Positions 45,183 through 56,242 of a stretch of 64,000 bases of DNA are shown here, in pieces. Below the pieces are notes generated by a model. That model made no database searches. It saw only the letters and a list, made by a program, of their open reading frames with translations, and was not told the origin of the DNA. The stretch comes from Calditrichia bacterium (lineage in GTDB: Bacteria > Calditrichota > Calditrichia > JAJRVZ01), in contig CAWCNS010000004.1 in the NCBI GenBank assembly GCA_963796965.1, positions 768,001 to 832,000 of the forward strand, given 5' to 3'. A program made the position numbers and the translations under genes. Numbering within the stretch: the stretch's first letter is position 1; every line of letters starts with the position of its first letter.

Positions 45183-46472
45183 ATGACTCCTGCATCTTAC
45201 AACCCTTTCGAAACCGCACAAAAACAATTTGATAACGCCGCTAATCTTCTTGATCTGGACAAACCCACCCGCGATCTTCTCCGTTATCCTATGCGAGAAT
45301 ATAAATTTTCTATTCCGGTTCGTATGGATGATGGCAAAATGAGAATATTCAGGGGGTTTCGTGTTCAACACAATGATGCCCGCGGTCCGGCAAAAGGCGG
45401 TATACGATTTCATCCCCAGGAAACCATAGATACCATCCGTGCGATGGCCATGTGGATGACCTGGAAAACAGCTGTTGCCGATCTTCCTTTGGGCGGAGGT
45501 AATGGTGGGGTCATCTGCGATCCACATGAACTTAGTGAACTTGAACAAGAACAGATATGCAGGGGTTGGGTACGGCAGGTGGTAAAAAATATTGGACCCC
45601 ATACGGACGTACCGGCTCCCGATATTATGACCACGTGCCAAACATATGTTATGGATGCTTGATGAATTTGAAGCAATTAAGGGCGAAAAAAAGCCTGGAT
45701 TTATTACAGGTAAACCGGTTGGTATGGGCGGTTCATTAGGCAGATTAGAAGCGACTGGTTATGGTGTCATTATTACAATTCGTGAAGCATTAAAAGATTT
45801 GAATATCAATACCGGAAAATACAGTAGCCAGTTTTCAGGGATTTGGGAATGTGGCCCGTTATGCAATTGAATTGTACCTGGAGATGGGTGGTAAGGTCGT
45901 CTGCGTTTCTTCCTGGGATCAGGAAGAGCAAGCCAGCTATTCCTTTTATAAAAAGGAAGGAATCGGTTTAGAAGAGCTTCTTTCCATTTCAAATAATTAT
46001 GGCGAAATCAACAAAAGTAAAGCCTTAGATTTGGGTTATCAGGTTCTACCTGCTGAAGACTGGCTTTCACAGGATGTGGATATCATTGTTCCTGCGGCAA
46101 TAGAAAACCAGATTACAGAAAATAATGTTGATAGGATCAGTCGCAAGGTAAAAATAATTGCAGAAGGAGCTAACGGTCCAACGACCCCTGAAGCGGAAGC
46201 AGTCCTTCAGGATCGCCAAATCATGGTGATTCCGGACCTCCTGGCTAACTGCAGGTGGTGTGACCTGTAGTTATTTTGAACAGGTTCAAAGTAATATGAA
46301 TTATTTTTGGGAGAGGTATGAGATTATGAGCAAGTTGGATGTCAAAATGACTTCCGCTGCAATTGCTGTATTTGATTTTGCCCAAAAACAAAAATTAAGT
46401 CTGCGCGATGCTGCTTATGTGATATCTGTAAGCCGGGTTGTCCAGGCCTCCCATGATCGGGGATGGATATAG
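45183..46472 (+). CDS. gdhA: Glu/Leu/Phe/Val dehydrogenase (glutamate dehydrogenase); frameshifts near 45640, 45810 and 46250
   Basis: GFRVQHNDARGPAKGGIRF, MTWK, DVPAPD, TGKP..GGSLGR.EATGYG, QGFGNVA, AEGANGPTT, SYFEQVQ. Confidence 0.82.
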
Positions 46473-46584
46473 TTTTTATGATAGGAGAAAATAAAAGACG
46501 TAGAGCGTGGAGTGTTGAGCGTAGAGAGATAGAGTGAAGAGCGAAAAGAGTGAAAGTAAAAGCCTGGTCAGGTTAAAATTAAAA

Positions 46585-48342
46585 ATGAATAAGTTAGATC
46601 CTGATTTGGGAAAAATCCTTTTAAAATTTGATCGCAGGAATTTTGCTCGCCTGGGAAGCGGTACATTTATAGGAAGCGGTTCTCTGGGTGGAAAAGCAAG
46701 CGGTCTTAGCCAGATTATAAATCTCTACAATCCGATAATGATCTCCAAGAAATTGACGCTATCGACATAAAGGTTCCGAGATTTACTGTTCTCCGATACC
46801 GATGTATTTTCGTTCCTTCATGAAAATAATGATCTCTATGAGATCGCTCTTTCCGGCTCAGCTGATGATCGAATTGCCACGCATTCCAAAAAGCAAGTTT
46901 ACCCTTTGAAGTCTTAGGTGATTTACGTGCTTTAATCATCCGACATACATCATCCCCTAGCTGTTCGTTCTTCCGGCCTCCTCGAAGATGCATTACACGA
47001 ACCTTTTGCAGGAATCTATGCAACAAAAATGACACCTAATAACCAGGCGGATACAGATACGCGATTCCGAAAACTTATTGAAGCAATTAAATATGTTTAT
47101 GCCTCTACCTACTTTAAAGCAGCCAAGAGATTATATGAAGGCGACTAAATAACAAATTGAAGATGAGCAGATGGCGGTAATAATTCAGGATGTGAGCGGG
47201 AATCGTCATGATGAGCGATACTATCCGAAATTTCCGGCGTTGCGCGGTCTTATAATTATTATCCTATTGGCAGGTTTAAGCCGAAGGATGGTGTTGTCAA
47301 TCTTGCTCTGGGATTAGGCAAGACAATTGTAGATGGGGGCAGTGCTGGAGTTATTCACCTGTTCACCCAAAAATTAGTCCGCCCTTTGATTCCATCCCTG
47401 AGATGCTCAAAAAAACCCAAAATGCATTTTGGGCGGTAAATATGGGAAAACCTCTGATCTATGATCCGCTAAATGAGGTTGAGTATATGACAGAAGAAAG
47501 ATTTACCTGTGGCGGAAGAGGATAATACGTTACAACATATTGCTTCAACTTTTGATCCGGAATCAAGGGCGTTTATCGATGGGGACGGGGGTTGAAGGTG
47601 CCGCGTGTTATTAACCTTCGCTCCCTTCTGAATATCAACGATATTCCGTTAAATCAGGTGATTAAATCACTATTAATGTTATGTGAAGAATATTTCCAGA
47701 CACCAGTAGAAATTGAATTTGCGGTGACATTTTCTGATAATGAAAACAGTCTAAAAACATCAGTTTGGATGTCTTACAGGTCCGTCCAATGGTTGTATCA
47801 GACAAAAAAGTACAAATCGATAATATAGATATTCGGTGAAAACGTCTTAGTTGCTTCAGAAACTGTTCTTGGTAATGGTGAAAATATGCTATATAAGATA
47901 TCGTATATGTGAAACCTGGATTATTTCATGCAAAAAATACAAAAGCAATTGCCGGTGAATTGAGGAGATAAACAAGGAGATAATTCGAAAAACCGAACCT
48001 TTTTACTAATAGGTTTCGGTCGTTGGGGAAGTTCAGATCCCTGGTTGGGTATACCGGTCAATTGGGGGCAGATTTCTGCGGTGCGGGCAATTGTTGAGTC
48101 GATGCTGGAAAATATGAATGTTGAACTCAGTCAAGGATCACATTTTTTTCATAATCTTACCAGCTTTCAAATATCGTATTTTTCACTGCCCTATTTGGGA
48201 GTAATATAAAATTGACTGGACCTGGTTAGACAATCAATCTCAGGAAATAGATGGACAATTTGTACGTTGGATCAGCCTCAATAAACCCCTGCACATTAAA
48301 GTGGATGGGCGTTCAGGCCATGGGGTAATATTTAAATCATGA
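46585..48342 (+). CDS. PEP/pyruvate-binding (PPDK_N/PEP-synthase-like) protein 1; heavily frameshifted in this sequence
   Basis: Hand translation across frames gives GSLGGKASGL, AVRS, FAGIYAT, MAVIIQ, ARSYNYYP, LALGLGKTIVDGG, EIEFA, GFGRWGSSDPWLGIPV, ELSQGSHFFHNL, ending VDGRSGHGVIFKS; ATGA overlap with the next gene. Confidence 0.72.
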
Positions 48343-51095
48343 GGAACGTGATGAATGACAATGAGCCATTGGGAAAATTAGTCTCCGATTTGAAGGAAAG
48401 AGCCAAAGAACTTACTTGCCTCTATACTGTTCAGGAACTTCTCAATAAATCTGATTCAAGTATAGATGAAATTTGTAATGGCATTATTGCGGCTATACCT
48501 CCCGGATGGCAATTCCCGGCCGTATGTCAGGCAAAAGTCTTATTCCGTGAAAAAATTTATCAATCTACAAAGTTTCGGGAAACAGAATGGTGTCAAAGTG
48601 CTGATATAAATGTACAGGATGAAAAAATTGGCAATATTTGTGTTTACTATACAGAAGAACGACCTTTAGCAGATGAAGGACCATTCCTGAAAGAGGAACG
48701 AAAACTTATCAATACCATTGCAGACCAATTCGGGCTTTATGTGCTTCATCAGCAACTCAAAACTGTCTTTGAGGAGACTAAAAATGAAATAAAAGAGGAA
48801 AAAAGTGATTGGGTCGTGATTCTGGATCTATTAAAAAGAACCGATCCAAAATTATTGATCCGTATTTCAAGAAAAATGGTGAATTTTCTTTGCTGGAGTG
48901 GAATTAGGGACGCAGAGAAATTACTCGAAAATTTTAGTCCGGCATATAGAGAAGAAAATGAATTACTTAAAGAAATGAACCGTCCGTATCAGAGACAAGC
49001 CGGAAGTGATTTGATGGAAGCAAGTTATAAAATATTTGAAGTAGCCGGTAATCATTTAACGAAAAAAGATATTCTCAGTAGTATTCAAAAGTGGATCAAG
49101 GAAGACCGTTCGGGATTTCTCGTAAATATATTGGAGGATAGCGGATCTTCCCTGGCAGAAATAGGGAGCGCCATCGAACGTTATCATCATCTTGCACCCC
49201 AAGGTCTCGAGTTATCACAACCGCGTGAGATAAGTTTTCGCGTTGCCCTAATCAGACGTCTGCTCAGTGATCAGCCAGATTTTATCAATATTGCCAAAAA
49301 CTTTGTTAATGTTGATGATTTTAATGATATCATGCAGCGGATTATTTACCCTGTGGGAAGCCATGGTAAGGTTGGTGGGAAGAGTTCCGGATTGTTTCTG
49401 GCTAAACATATCCTGGAGAATGCACCCGATCCTGATAATCTCATCAAAAACATTAAAATACCTAAAACCTGGTATCTTACTTCAGATGGTGTTCTAAACT
49501 TTATGAATTACAACAATCTCGAGGACATCATTGAACAGAAATACAAAGATTCGGATCAGGTAAGACAAGAATATCCTTATGTGGTTCATGTTTTTAAAAA
49601 TTCACCTTTCGCACCAGAAATTATAAAGGGCTTATCGCTGGCCCTCGATGATTTTGGGGATGTACCGCTAATCGTTCGAAGTTCAAGTTTATTGGAGGAT
49701 CGTCTTGGTGCTGCGTTTGCCGGTAAATATAAAAGTTTGTTTATTGCTAATATGGGATCAAAAGAGGAGCGGCTTGTTGAGTTGATGGATGCGATTGCAG
49801 AAGTGTATGCCTCAACGTTTGGACCAGATCCAATTCAATACAGGAAAGAGCATGGTCTACTCGATTATCATGAAGAAATGGGGATAATGATACAGGAAGT
49901 GGTAGGTAAAAAAGTCGGTAATTACTATTTCCCTGCTTTTGCCGGTGTGGCCTTCAGCCAAAATGAATTTCGCTGGTCCGCTAGAATTAGGCGTGAAGAT
50001 GGTCTGGTTCGGATGGTACCCGGGCTGGGTACCCGCGCCGTTGATCGTCTTAGTAATGATTATCCCATTCTTGTTTCCCCTGGCCAACCGAGGTTGAGAG
50101 TAAATATTACGCAAGATGAGATTGCAAGATATTCTCCTAAGAATATGGATGTGATTAATCTCAATACAGGTAGTTTTGAAACTGTTGAGATAGGGGTGTT
50201 GTTTAAAACGTTTGGTCAGGAATACCCCTTAATTAACAAAATTGTGTCCATCATGGAAGATGACAATATCAAGCAACCCAATGCTCTGGGAACTGATTTT
50301 AACCGTTCTGATATGATTGTAACTTTTGAAGGGTTAATATCACACTCTTCATTTATAGACGCAATGCTAAAAATTTTGAACGTGCTTGAAAATACCTACA
50401 ATAATCCGATCGATATCGAGTTCGCTCATGATGGCGAGAGTTTTTACCTTTTACAATGTAGGTCCCAGAGTGCCAGGGAAGAGAGCCGGCCAGTAGAAAT
50501 TCCTAAAAATATCCCGGAAAGTAATATAATCTTCACGGCCAACCGCTTCATATCAAATGCCGAAGTGAGGGACATTAGCCATATTGTTTATATCGATCCA
50601 CAGAAATATAGCGAGATATCCGATTACCAAGACACTTCTTCTGGTTGGACGTATCGTTGGAAAATTGAATAAAATTCTTCCCCGGCGTCGATTTATTCTT
50701 ATAGGGCCAGGGCGTTGGGGCAGCCGGGGGGATATCAAACTAGGTGTCGCGGTCACGTATTCAGAGATTAATAATACAGCTGTCTTGATTGAGGTGGCCA
50801 GAAAGCATAAAGATTATGTTCCTGACCTGTCTTTTGGAACCCATTTCTTCCAGGATTTGGTCGAGTCAAATATTCGTTATTTACCTTTGTATCCCGATGA
50901 TGAGAATATTGTCTTTAATGAATTATTTTTAAGAGAATCTGAAAATCAGCTGATACACCTATTGCCGGATTCTGCGTCAATGTCCGAAGTAGTACGCGTA
51001 ATCGATATTGAAAAAAAGACGGGCGGTAAGCAAGACTGGATCTGTTGATGAATGCAGAATTTGACCAGGCCGTTGCGATGATCTCCTCCGAGTGA
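48339..51095 (+). CDS. PEP/pyruvate-binding (PPDK_N-like) protein 2 with an N-terminal GAF-like region; frameshifts near 50640 and 51030
   Basis: LKERAKELTCLY..IPPGWQFP..FLKEERKL; GKVGGKSSGL, IVRSSSLLED, FAGKY, PGLGTRAV, DIEFA, GPGRWGS, LSFGTHFFQDL. Confidence 0.8.
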
Positions 51096-51204
51096 AAAGC
51101 CTGAGCAAGATTAGGATACGTCCTATAATTTTCACTTTTATTTTCAAGCAAGATTCGATAAGTTAACCTCAATCTATTATACAGAATATTGTGCGGAGAA
51201 TGGA

Positions 51205-52573
51205 ATGAAAAAGATTTTAATACTTGGCGCTGGCAAGAGTGCACCCTACATGATTGATTATTTGTTAAAAAAAGCAGAGAAATATGATTGGTTTATAACG
51301 GTCGGAGACAGAGATATTGAATTGGCCAGAAAAGTAGTCAAGCGGAACACACGCAGCGATGTTGTTGCTTTGGATCTCAATGATGCAGAACTAAGATTAA
51401 GACAAATTGAGAAATCAGATGTGGTCATAAATTTTCTACCACCTGCCTTTCAGTATCTGATTGCTTTGGGATGTATTGCAAAGGGAAAACATATGATTAC
51501 CGCCTCCTATCAGGATGATCGGGTTGCGGAGCTGGTTAATGATGCCCACCGCAAAGGTATTCTAATATTAAATGAAATGGGATTGGATCCTGGTATTGAT
51601 CATATGTCGTCCATGTCAGTCATAGATAAAGTCAGAAAACGTAAGGGAATAATAAAAAGTTTTAAATCCTATGGTAGCGGTTTGCCTGCCCCAGAATCTG
51701 CAGATAATCCCCTTAAGTATGCGATTACCTGGAATCCAAAAAATGTAGTCCGTGCAGGTGAAGTCGGAGCACAGTATTTATATCACGGACAGATAAAAAT
51801 TCTTCCTTATCATGAAGTATTTCAACGCACCTGGAATTTTGATTTAGATGGGGTGGGTCGGATGGAGGCATACCCAAATCGTGATTCATTAAAATATCAG
51901 TGGCTCTTTGGACTTGATCATGTAGATACGATGATAAGGGGTACATTACGATATCCGGGTTGGAGTGAAACATGGTTACAAGTCGTGCGTCTGGGGCTCA
52001 CCAATGAGACTATGCGGATTCCAAATATTTGTAAGTATAGTTATCGGGATCTGGTTGAGATGTTTCTTCCTTTACACCAATCGTCAGCAAATCTTGAACA
52101 CCGGATAGCAAATTTTCTCAATATAAGTCCCACCGGTACCATTATGCAACATCTTGAGTGGCTTGGTCTACTCTCTGATGAACCCATTGAATGTAATGGT
52201 GATACAGCGGCAGATGTCTTAGTTAGTATCCTTGTTAAAAAACTAACATTGCCCGTCAACGGAAGAGATATGGTAGCCCTCGTTCATGAAATTGAGGCGG
52301 AGTATCCAAAGAGCAAAAATAAGCGGGAGAGAATTACTTCTACGTTTATAGAATTTGGAGAACCGGGAGGTTTTACTGCCATCGCAAAGACTGTCGGATT
52401 GCCGGCAGCCATAGCAACAAAACTTCTTTTGACAGACAAATTACCGATAACCGGCTGTCATATTCCCACACATTCAGACTGTCTATTCAAAAGTACTTCC
52501 AGAACTTGAGAAAGAAGGTCTGGTATTTAAAGAAAAAGTAGAAGAAATAGATGTTGCTGAAAATAAGATGTAA
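51205..52573 (+). CDS. Saccharopine dehydrogenase family protein; frameshift near 52480
   Basis: ILGAGKSA, TASY, NEMGLDPGIDH, YPNRDS, RGTLRY, AKTVGLP; the C-terminus VYSKVLPELEKEG.. is in another frame. Confidence 0.85.
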
Positions 52574-52739
52574 TCATTGGTTTTTAGTTTGACCTATTTA
52601 TAAATATCTCTCGCAGAGGCGCAAAGGCGCAGAGTATTTATCCACGAATTACTCCCGTGGAACGGGACAAGTCGAATTTTGACGAATTTCACGAATTGAA
52701 CTAAAATATTATATGTGTCATTTCGAATCCTTTAAATTA

Positions 52740-52814
52740 GTCATTCCGAACTTGTTTCGGAATCTAAAAAACATTCAGAAGGATCATGAGATGCTGAAAC
52801 AAGTTCAGCATGAC
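52740..52814. repeat. REP-like double hairpin, same family as the interior of 21644-21773
   Basis: gtcattccgaacttgtttcggaatc ... atgctgaaacaagttcagcatgac. Confidence 0.65.
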
Positions 52815-52885
52815 AAAGGAGATATGCATTACTCTATATATAGGGCTAAATAATCGCTGCGTCTACAACTCTGCGAGATAAATAA

Positions 52886-55800
52886 ATGGGAAATCTTTGT
52901 CTACATACCGGGCCGCAAGGCTCCTATTATTTTTTTAGAAATCAAATATTCAACCATTTGAGTTCAGGTGATGAAGAATCGTTTCTTTATCTATTGCCCA
53001 TGAACCGCGCTGTTCGTTATTTTAAAAAGGAAATGGTTGAATTTTCCCCAAAACATGCAATACTGGACCTCAACATCTTCACTTTCAGATCTTTTCTCCA
53101 AAAAATCTATTCCAATCTTCATCAGAATAATAAAATAATTACACCGGAAATGCGATTAATTCTCTTGAGAGAGATTTTGAAAAATAATCATGATCAGATG
53201 GAATATTTCCAGTCCCAATGGGCTATAGGCAGGGGAATGGTGATAAAAGCGGACCAGATGGTAGATGAATTTTTCCAATTTGGATATCGCCCTGCTGATT
53301 TTAATCTACCACCCAAATCGGCCGAGATAAAATATAAAGATTTTGGCCATCTCATCACTTTACTCTTTGATCACTACAGTGATAAACTAATTGATGATTC
53401 ATCCCTGATAAACGCCGTTATAACTCAATTGGACACACAAGTGATTAAAAAATTGTATCCTCGTTTGCAAAAAATATATGTGAGCGGATTTGGCATTTTT
53501 TCACCACCAATGATCCAATTTATTCGTGTAATGAAAGAAATATGTTCGATAGAAATAAAACTCGAATTTGATAAAAGTAATGATGAATTATTTCAACATA
53601 GTGCTAATGCCTATGAGGCTCTGGTTCAATTGGCCGATAACGAAATTTATCATCCTGAAGATGATCTGGGAGTTGGCCCCTATCTGTTTAAATTTGTAGG
53701 AGAGAATTTCCAGAAGAAAAAGCTACCTAAACATTTAATTATACAAAAGGCTGTCTCCCGCTCTGAAGAGGTCCGGCTTATTGCTTCAAAGATAAAGTCC
53801 CTCGTAAATACCAGGGATATCAGATTAAGTAAAATTGGCATCACATTTCCAGAACTTGAATTATATGCGCCACTAATAAAAAAAGCCTTCAGAGAATTTG
53901 GAATCCCCTTTAATCTCTCAACGGGATTTCCGTTGGAGGAGTCTCCCTTGATACAGACTTACCTCCACGTCTTGAGAATTGCGGCATATGGAAATCGTCT
54001 TGAGGATATGTATAAATTGGCTCTCTCTCCATTTTTAAAGGAATCTCTTTTGGAAGAGGCCCAATTTTTATTTCAGACAGCAAGCAAGTGTAATATCAGA
54101 TTTCTATCAGGAGATTGGCAAGAAAAAATTTTGCATTTGTTCTCAGCTGATAGCCGGGATGTTATTAATCTTGGGAATATCAGCCGGACATCAAGTGAAG
54201 ATGCCAAAATGAAGCTGGAACGTATTAAAATGTTAGGTGACGTAATTCAACCCCTCACAAAAAGCGGCTCGATTGGTGATCTTCATTCACTTTATCTGAA
54301 AACATTGGACTCCCTGGGATTATTAAAATGGTATGATCCAGCTAACGTGGATTTGAAAATTCAGGAACAAGAGAAGGAATTCCGCGCCTTTAACCGATTT
54401 AACAAACTATTAAATGAAGTGCGCTGGATACTAAATTTTATTCACGGCAATAAGGAGATACCAATCTCAGATTATTATCAATATCTTTCATTGGTCATAG
54501 AAAAATCAACTTACAATCTTCGGGAGTGGTCTGATTATGGTGTGCAGATAATGCCAAGATTGGAAATACTCTCCCTGGATTTTGATCATTTCTTTATTGG
54601 AGGATTGATTGAGGGAGAATTCCCAAAATTATTTTCCCGGGATATTTTCTTTAATGATGAAGAGCGACTTGAGATGGGATTAAATGCCAGTGAAGATCGC
54701 CTCCATCAGGATAGATTTCTTTTTTACCAATGGCTTAACTCCAATTCCCGAAATATAACCCTGAGTTATCCTTTGACCGAGAAAGATAAAACACTTCAGA
54801 TGTCCACTTTTTTAACATCTTTAGAGGAAGTTACAGAAAATCTTGAGTATCAAGATTTACCCGGTAAAGATGATGTCATCTCTAAAAAATCCGTGCTCCA
54901 ATATTTGAGTGAATCCCTGAGGAACGGCCTGACTGAAAAACAAAAAATTCTTTATCAGTCATGGATGGGAGGATCAAACCTTCAGATTGCTGCGCAATGG
55001 GAAAACGGTATACACTACCTTGTTAAACGCCGTGGTCATAACGCGTTTACCGAGTATGAGGGTAATCTCAGCAATTCTGAAGTCGTTCATAGCTGGATAC
55101 AATCAAATCATTCTAATCGACCTTTCTCAATTACAGGTTTGGAAGCCTATGCATTCTGTCCCATGCAATATTTTTTGCAACGGATTCTCAAATTAAAAGA
55201 GGAAGAAGAACCGGAGACGAGCATTAATAATTTGGAAAGAGGTAATGCTCTTCATAAGATCCTCTACAAATTTTACGATGGATTAACCTCCGTCCAAAGA
55301 GAGAGGCCCTGGGAACATCTGGATAAGCTGGAGGGGGTAGCCAGAGATATATTTATGAAGTTGCCATATGATGATATCCTCTGGTCCCTCGAGAAAGAAA
55401 AATATTTCGGACTTGGCTCTTCAGTAGGTCTTTGGAGGAAATTTCTGGATATTGAAAAAGAATCTATTGAGCAGACTCCATTCAAACCCATATATTATGA
55501 GGCAAAGTTTGGTCATTTCAGAGGGAATACTGAGAATGAAGAACAGTTTAAACCGCTGATTATAAAACGTGAAAAAGGTGATATAAAAATATATGGGGTT
55601 ATTGACAGAATTGATACCGATGGAACCGGCAGATTGATTGTTATCGATTATAAGACCGGGAGCGCAGCAACTAAAATAAATTTAGCTCAAATTCTGGAGG
55701 GATTAAGCCTTCAACTCCCGGTATACCTGGCGGCTACCAGGAACATTCCACTAAAAACAGATCAGGTGTCGATCTCAATTGCCGGTGTATATTACCAGAT

Positions 55801-56101
55801 TAAGGATGATGAAAATTGTAAACAGATTGTTGTTTTTGCTGATGGCGATCATTGTTCGGATCTCCCATTTCCCCAAAAGGTGCAATTACCTCAGGCCGCA
55901 AAAAATGATCAGGATAAGGTTTACACTTTTTCTGATGTGATTAATGGGACCTTGACACATATTACCGGTTTGGTGGAGAATATTGAAGAGGGAATATTTA
56001 TGCATACCAAGGATCCTGCCAATGAGAAATGTAAGTCCTACTGTGCATATAGCAAGATCTGCCGTAAAGATATCTCAAAATTGTTAACAATAAAGGAATA
56101 G
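52886..56101 (+). CDS. addB: AddB-like recombination subunit (inactive helicase fold + PD-(D/E)XK nuclease with Fe-S cysteines)
   Basis: FSITGLE.Y.FCPMQY, RGNALH, GVIDRID, IDYKTG, LQLPVY, CKSYCAYSKIC; no intact Walker A. Confidence 0.8.
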   Translation: MGNLCLHTGPQGSYYFFRNQIFNHLSSGDEESFLYLLPMNRAVRYFKKEMVEFSPKHAILDLNIFTFRSFLQKIYSNLHQNNKIITPEMRLILLREILKNNHDQMEYFQSQWAIGRGMVIKADQMVDEFFQFGYRPADFNLPPKSAEIKYKDFGHLITLLFDHYSDKLIDDSSLINAVITQLDTQVIKKLYPRLQKIYVSGFGIFSPPMIQFIRVMKEICSIEIKLEFDKSNDELFQHSANAYEALVQLADNEIYHPEDDLGVGPYLFKFVGENFQKKKLPKHLIIQKAVSRSEEVRLIASKIKSLVNTRDIRLSKIGITFPELELYAPLIKKAFREFGIPFNLSTGFPLEESPLIQTYLHVLRIAAYGNRLEDMYKLALSPFLKESLLEEAQFLFQTASKCNIRFLSGDWQEKILHLFSADSRDVINLGNISRTSSEDAKMKLERIKMLGDVIQPLTKSGSIGDLHSLYLKTLDSLGLLKWYDPANVDLKIQEQEKEFRAFNRFNKLLNEVRWILNFIHGNKEIPISDYYQYLSLVIEKSTYNLREWSDYGVQIMPRLEILSLDFDHFFIGGLIEGEFPKLFSRDIFFNDEERLEMGLNASEDRLHQDRFLFYQWLNSNSRNITLSYPLTEKDKTLQMSTFLTSLEEVTENLEYQDLPGKDDVISKKSVLQYLSESLRNGLTEKQKILYQSWMGGSNLQIAAQWENGIHYLVKRRGHNAFTEYEGNLSNSEVVHSWIQSNHSNRPFSITGLEAYAFCPMQYFLQRILKLKEEEEPETSINNLERGNALHKILYKFYDGLTSVQRERPWEHLDKLEGVARDIFMKLPYDDILWSLEKEKYFGLGSSVGLWRKFLDIEKESIEQTPFKPIYYEAKFGHFRGNTENEEQFKPLIIKREKGDIKIYGVIDRIDTDGTGRLIVIDYKTGSAATKINLAQILEGLSLQLPVYLAATRNIPLKTDQVSISIAGVYYQIKDDENCKQIVVFADGDHCSDLPFPQKVQLPQAAKNDQDKVYTFSDVINGTLTHITGLVENIEEGIFMHTKDPANEKCKSYCAYSKICRKDISKLLTIKE

Positions 56102-56242
56102 ATTTACCAAAGAAATCAGTTGGATATTTAAGTACTCTTCAAAACTCCCGAAGATATAATAAGTGTAATTTTTGTGGATTAATATAGTATATTCCAATTA
56201 AGTGCTCTAATTAATTATACAATTAAATCAAAGAGGTTGATT

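Noticed and set aside
45129..45641. 170-aa minus-strand ORF opposite gdhA
   Set aside because: Antisense shadow of a conserved dehydrogenase gene with no independent motifs
46495..46584. GTG start and MKSEKSESKS extension for the PEP-synthase-like gene
   Set aside because: Falls in a GAGCGTA/GAGTGAA heptamer tract also seen near 30020-30115 and 39920-39965; the ATG at 46585 is more plausible
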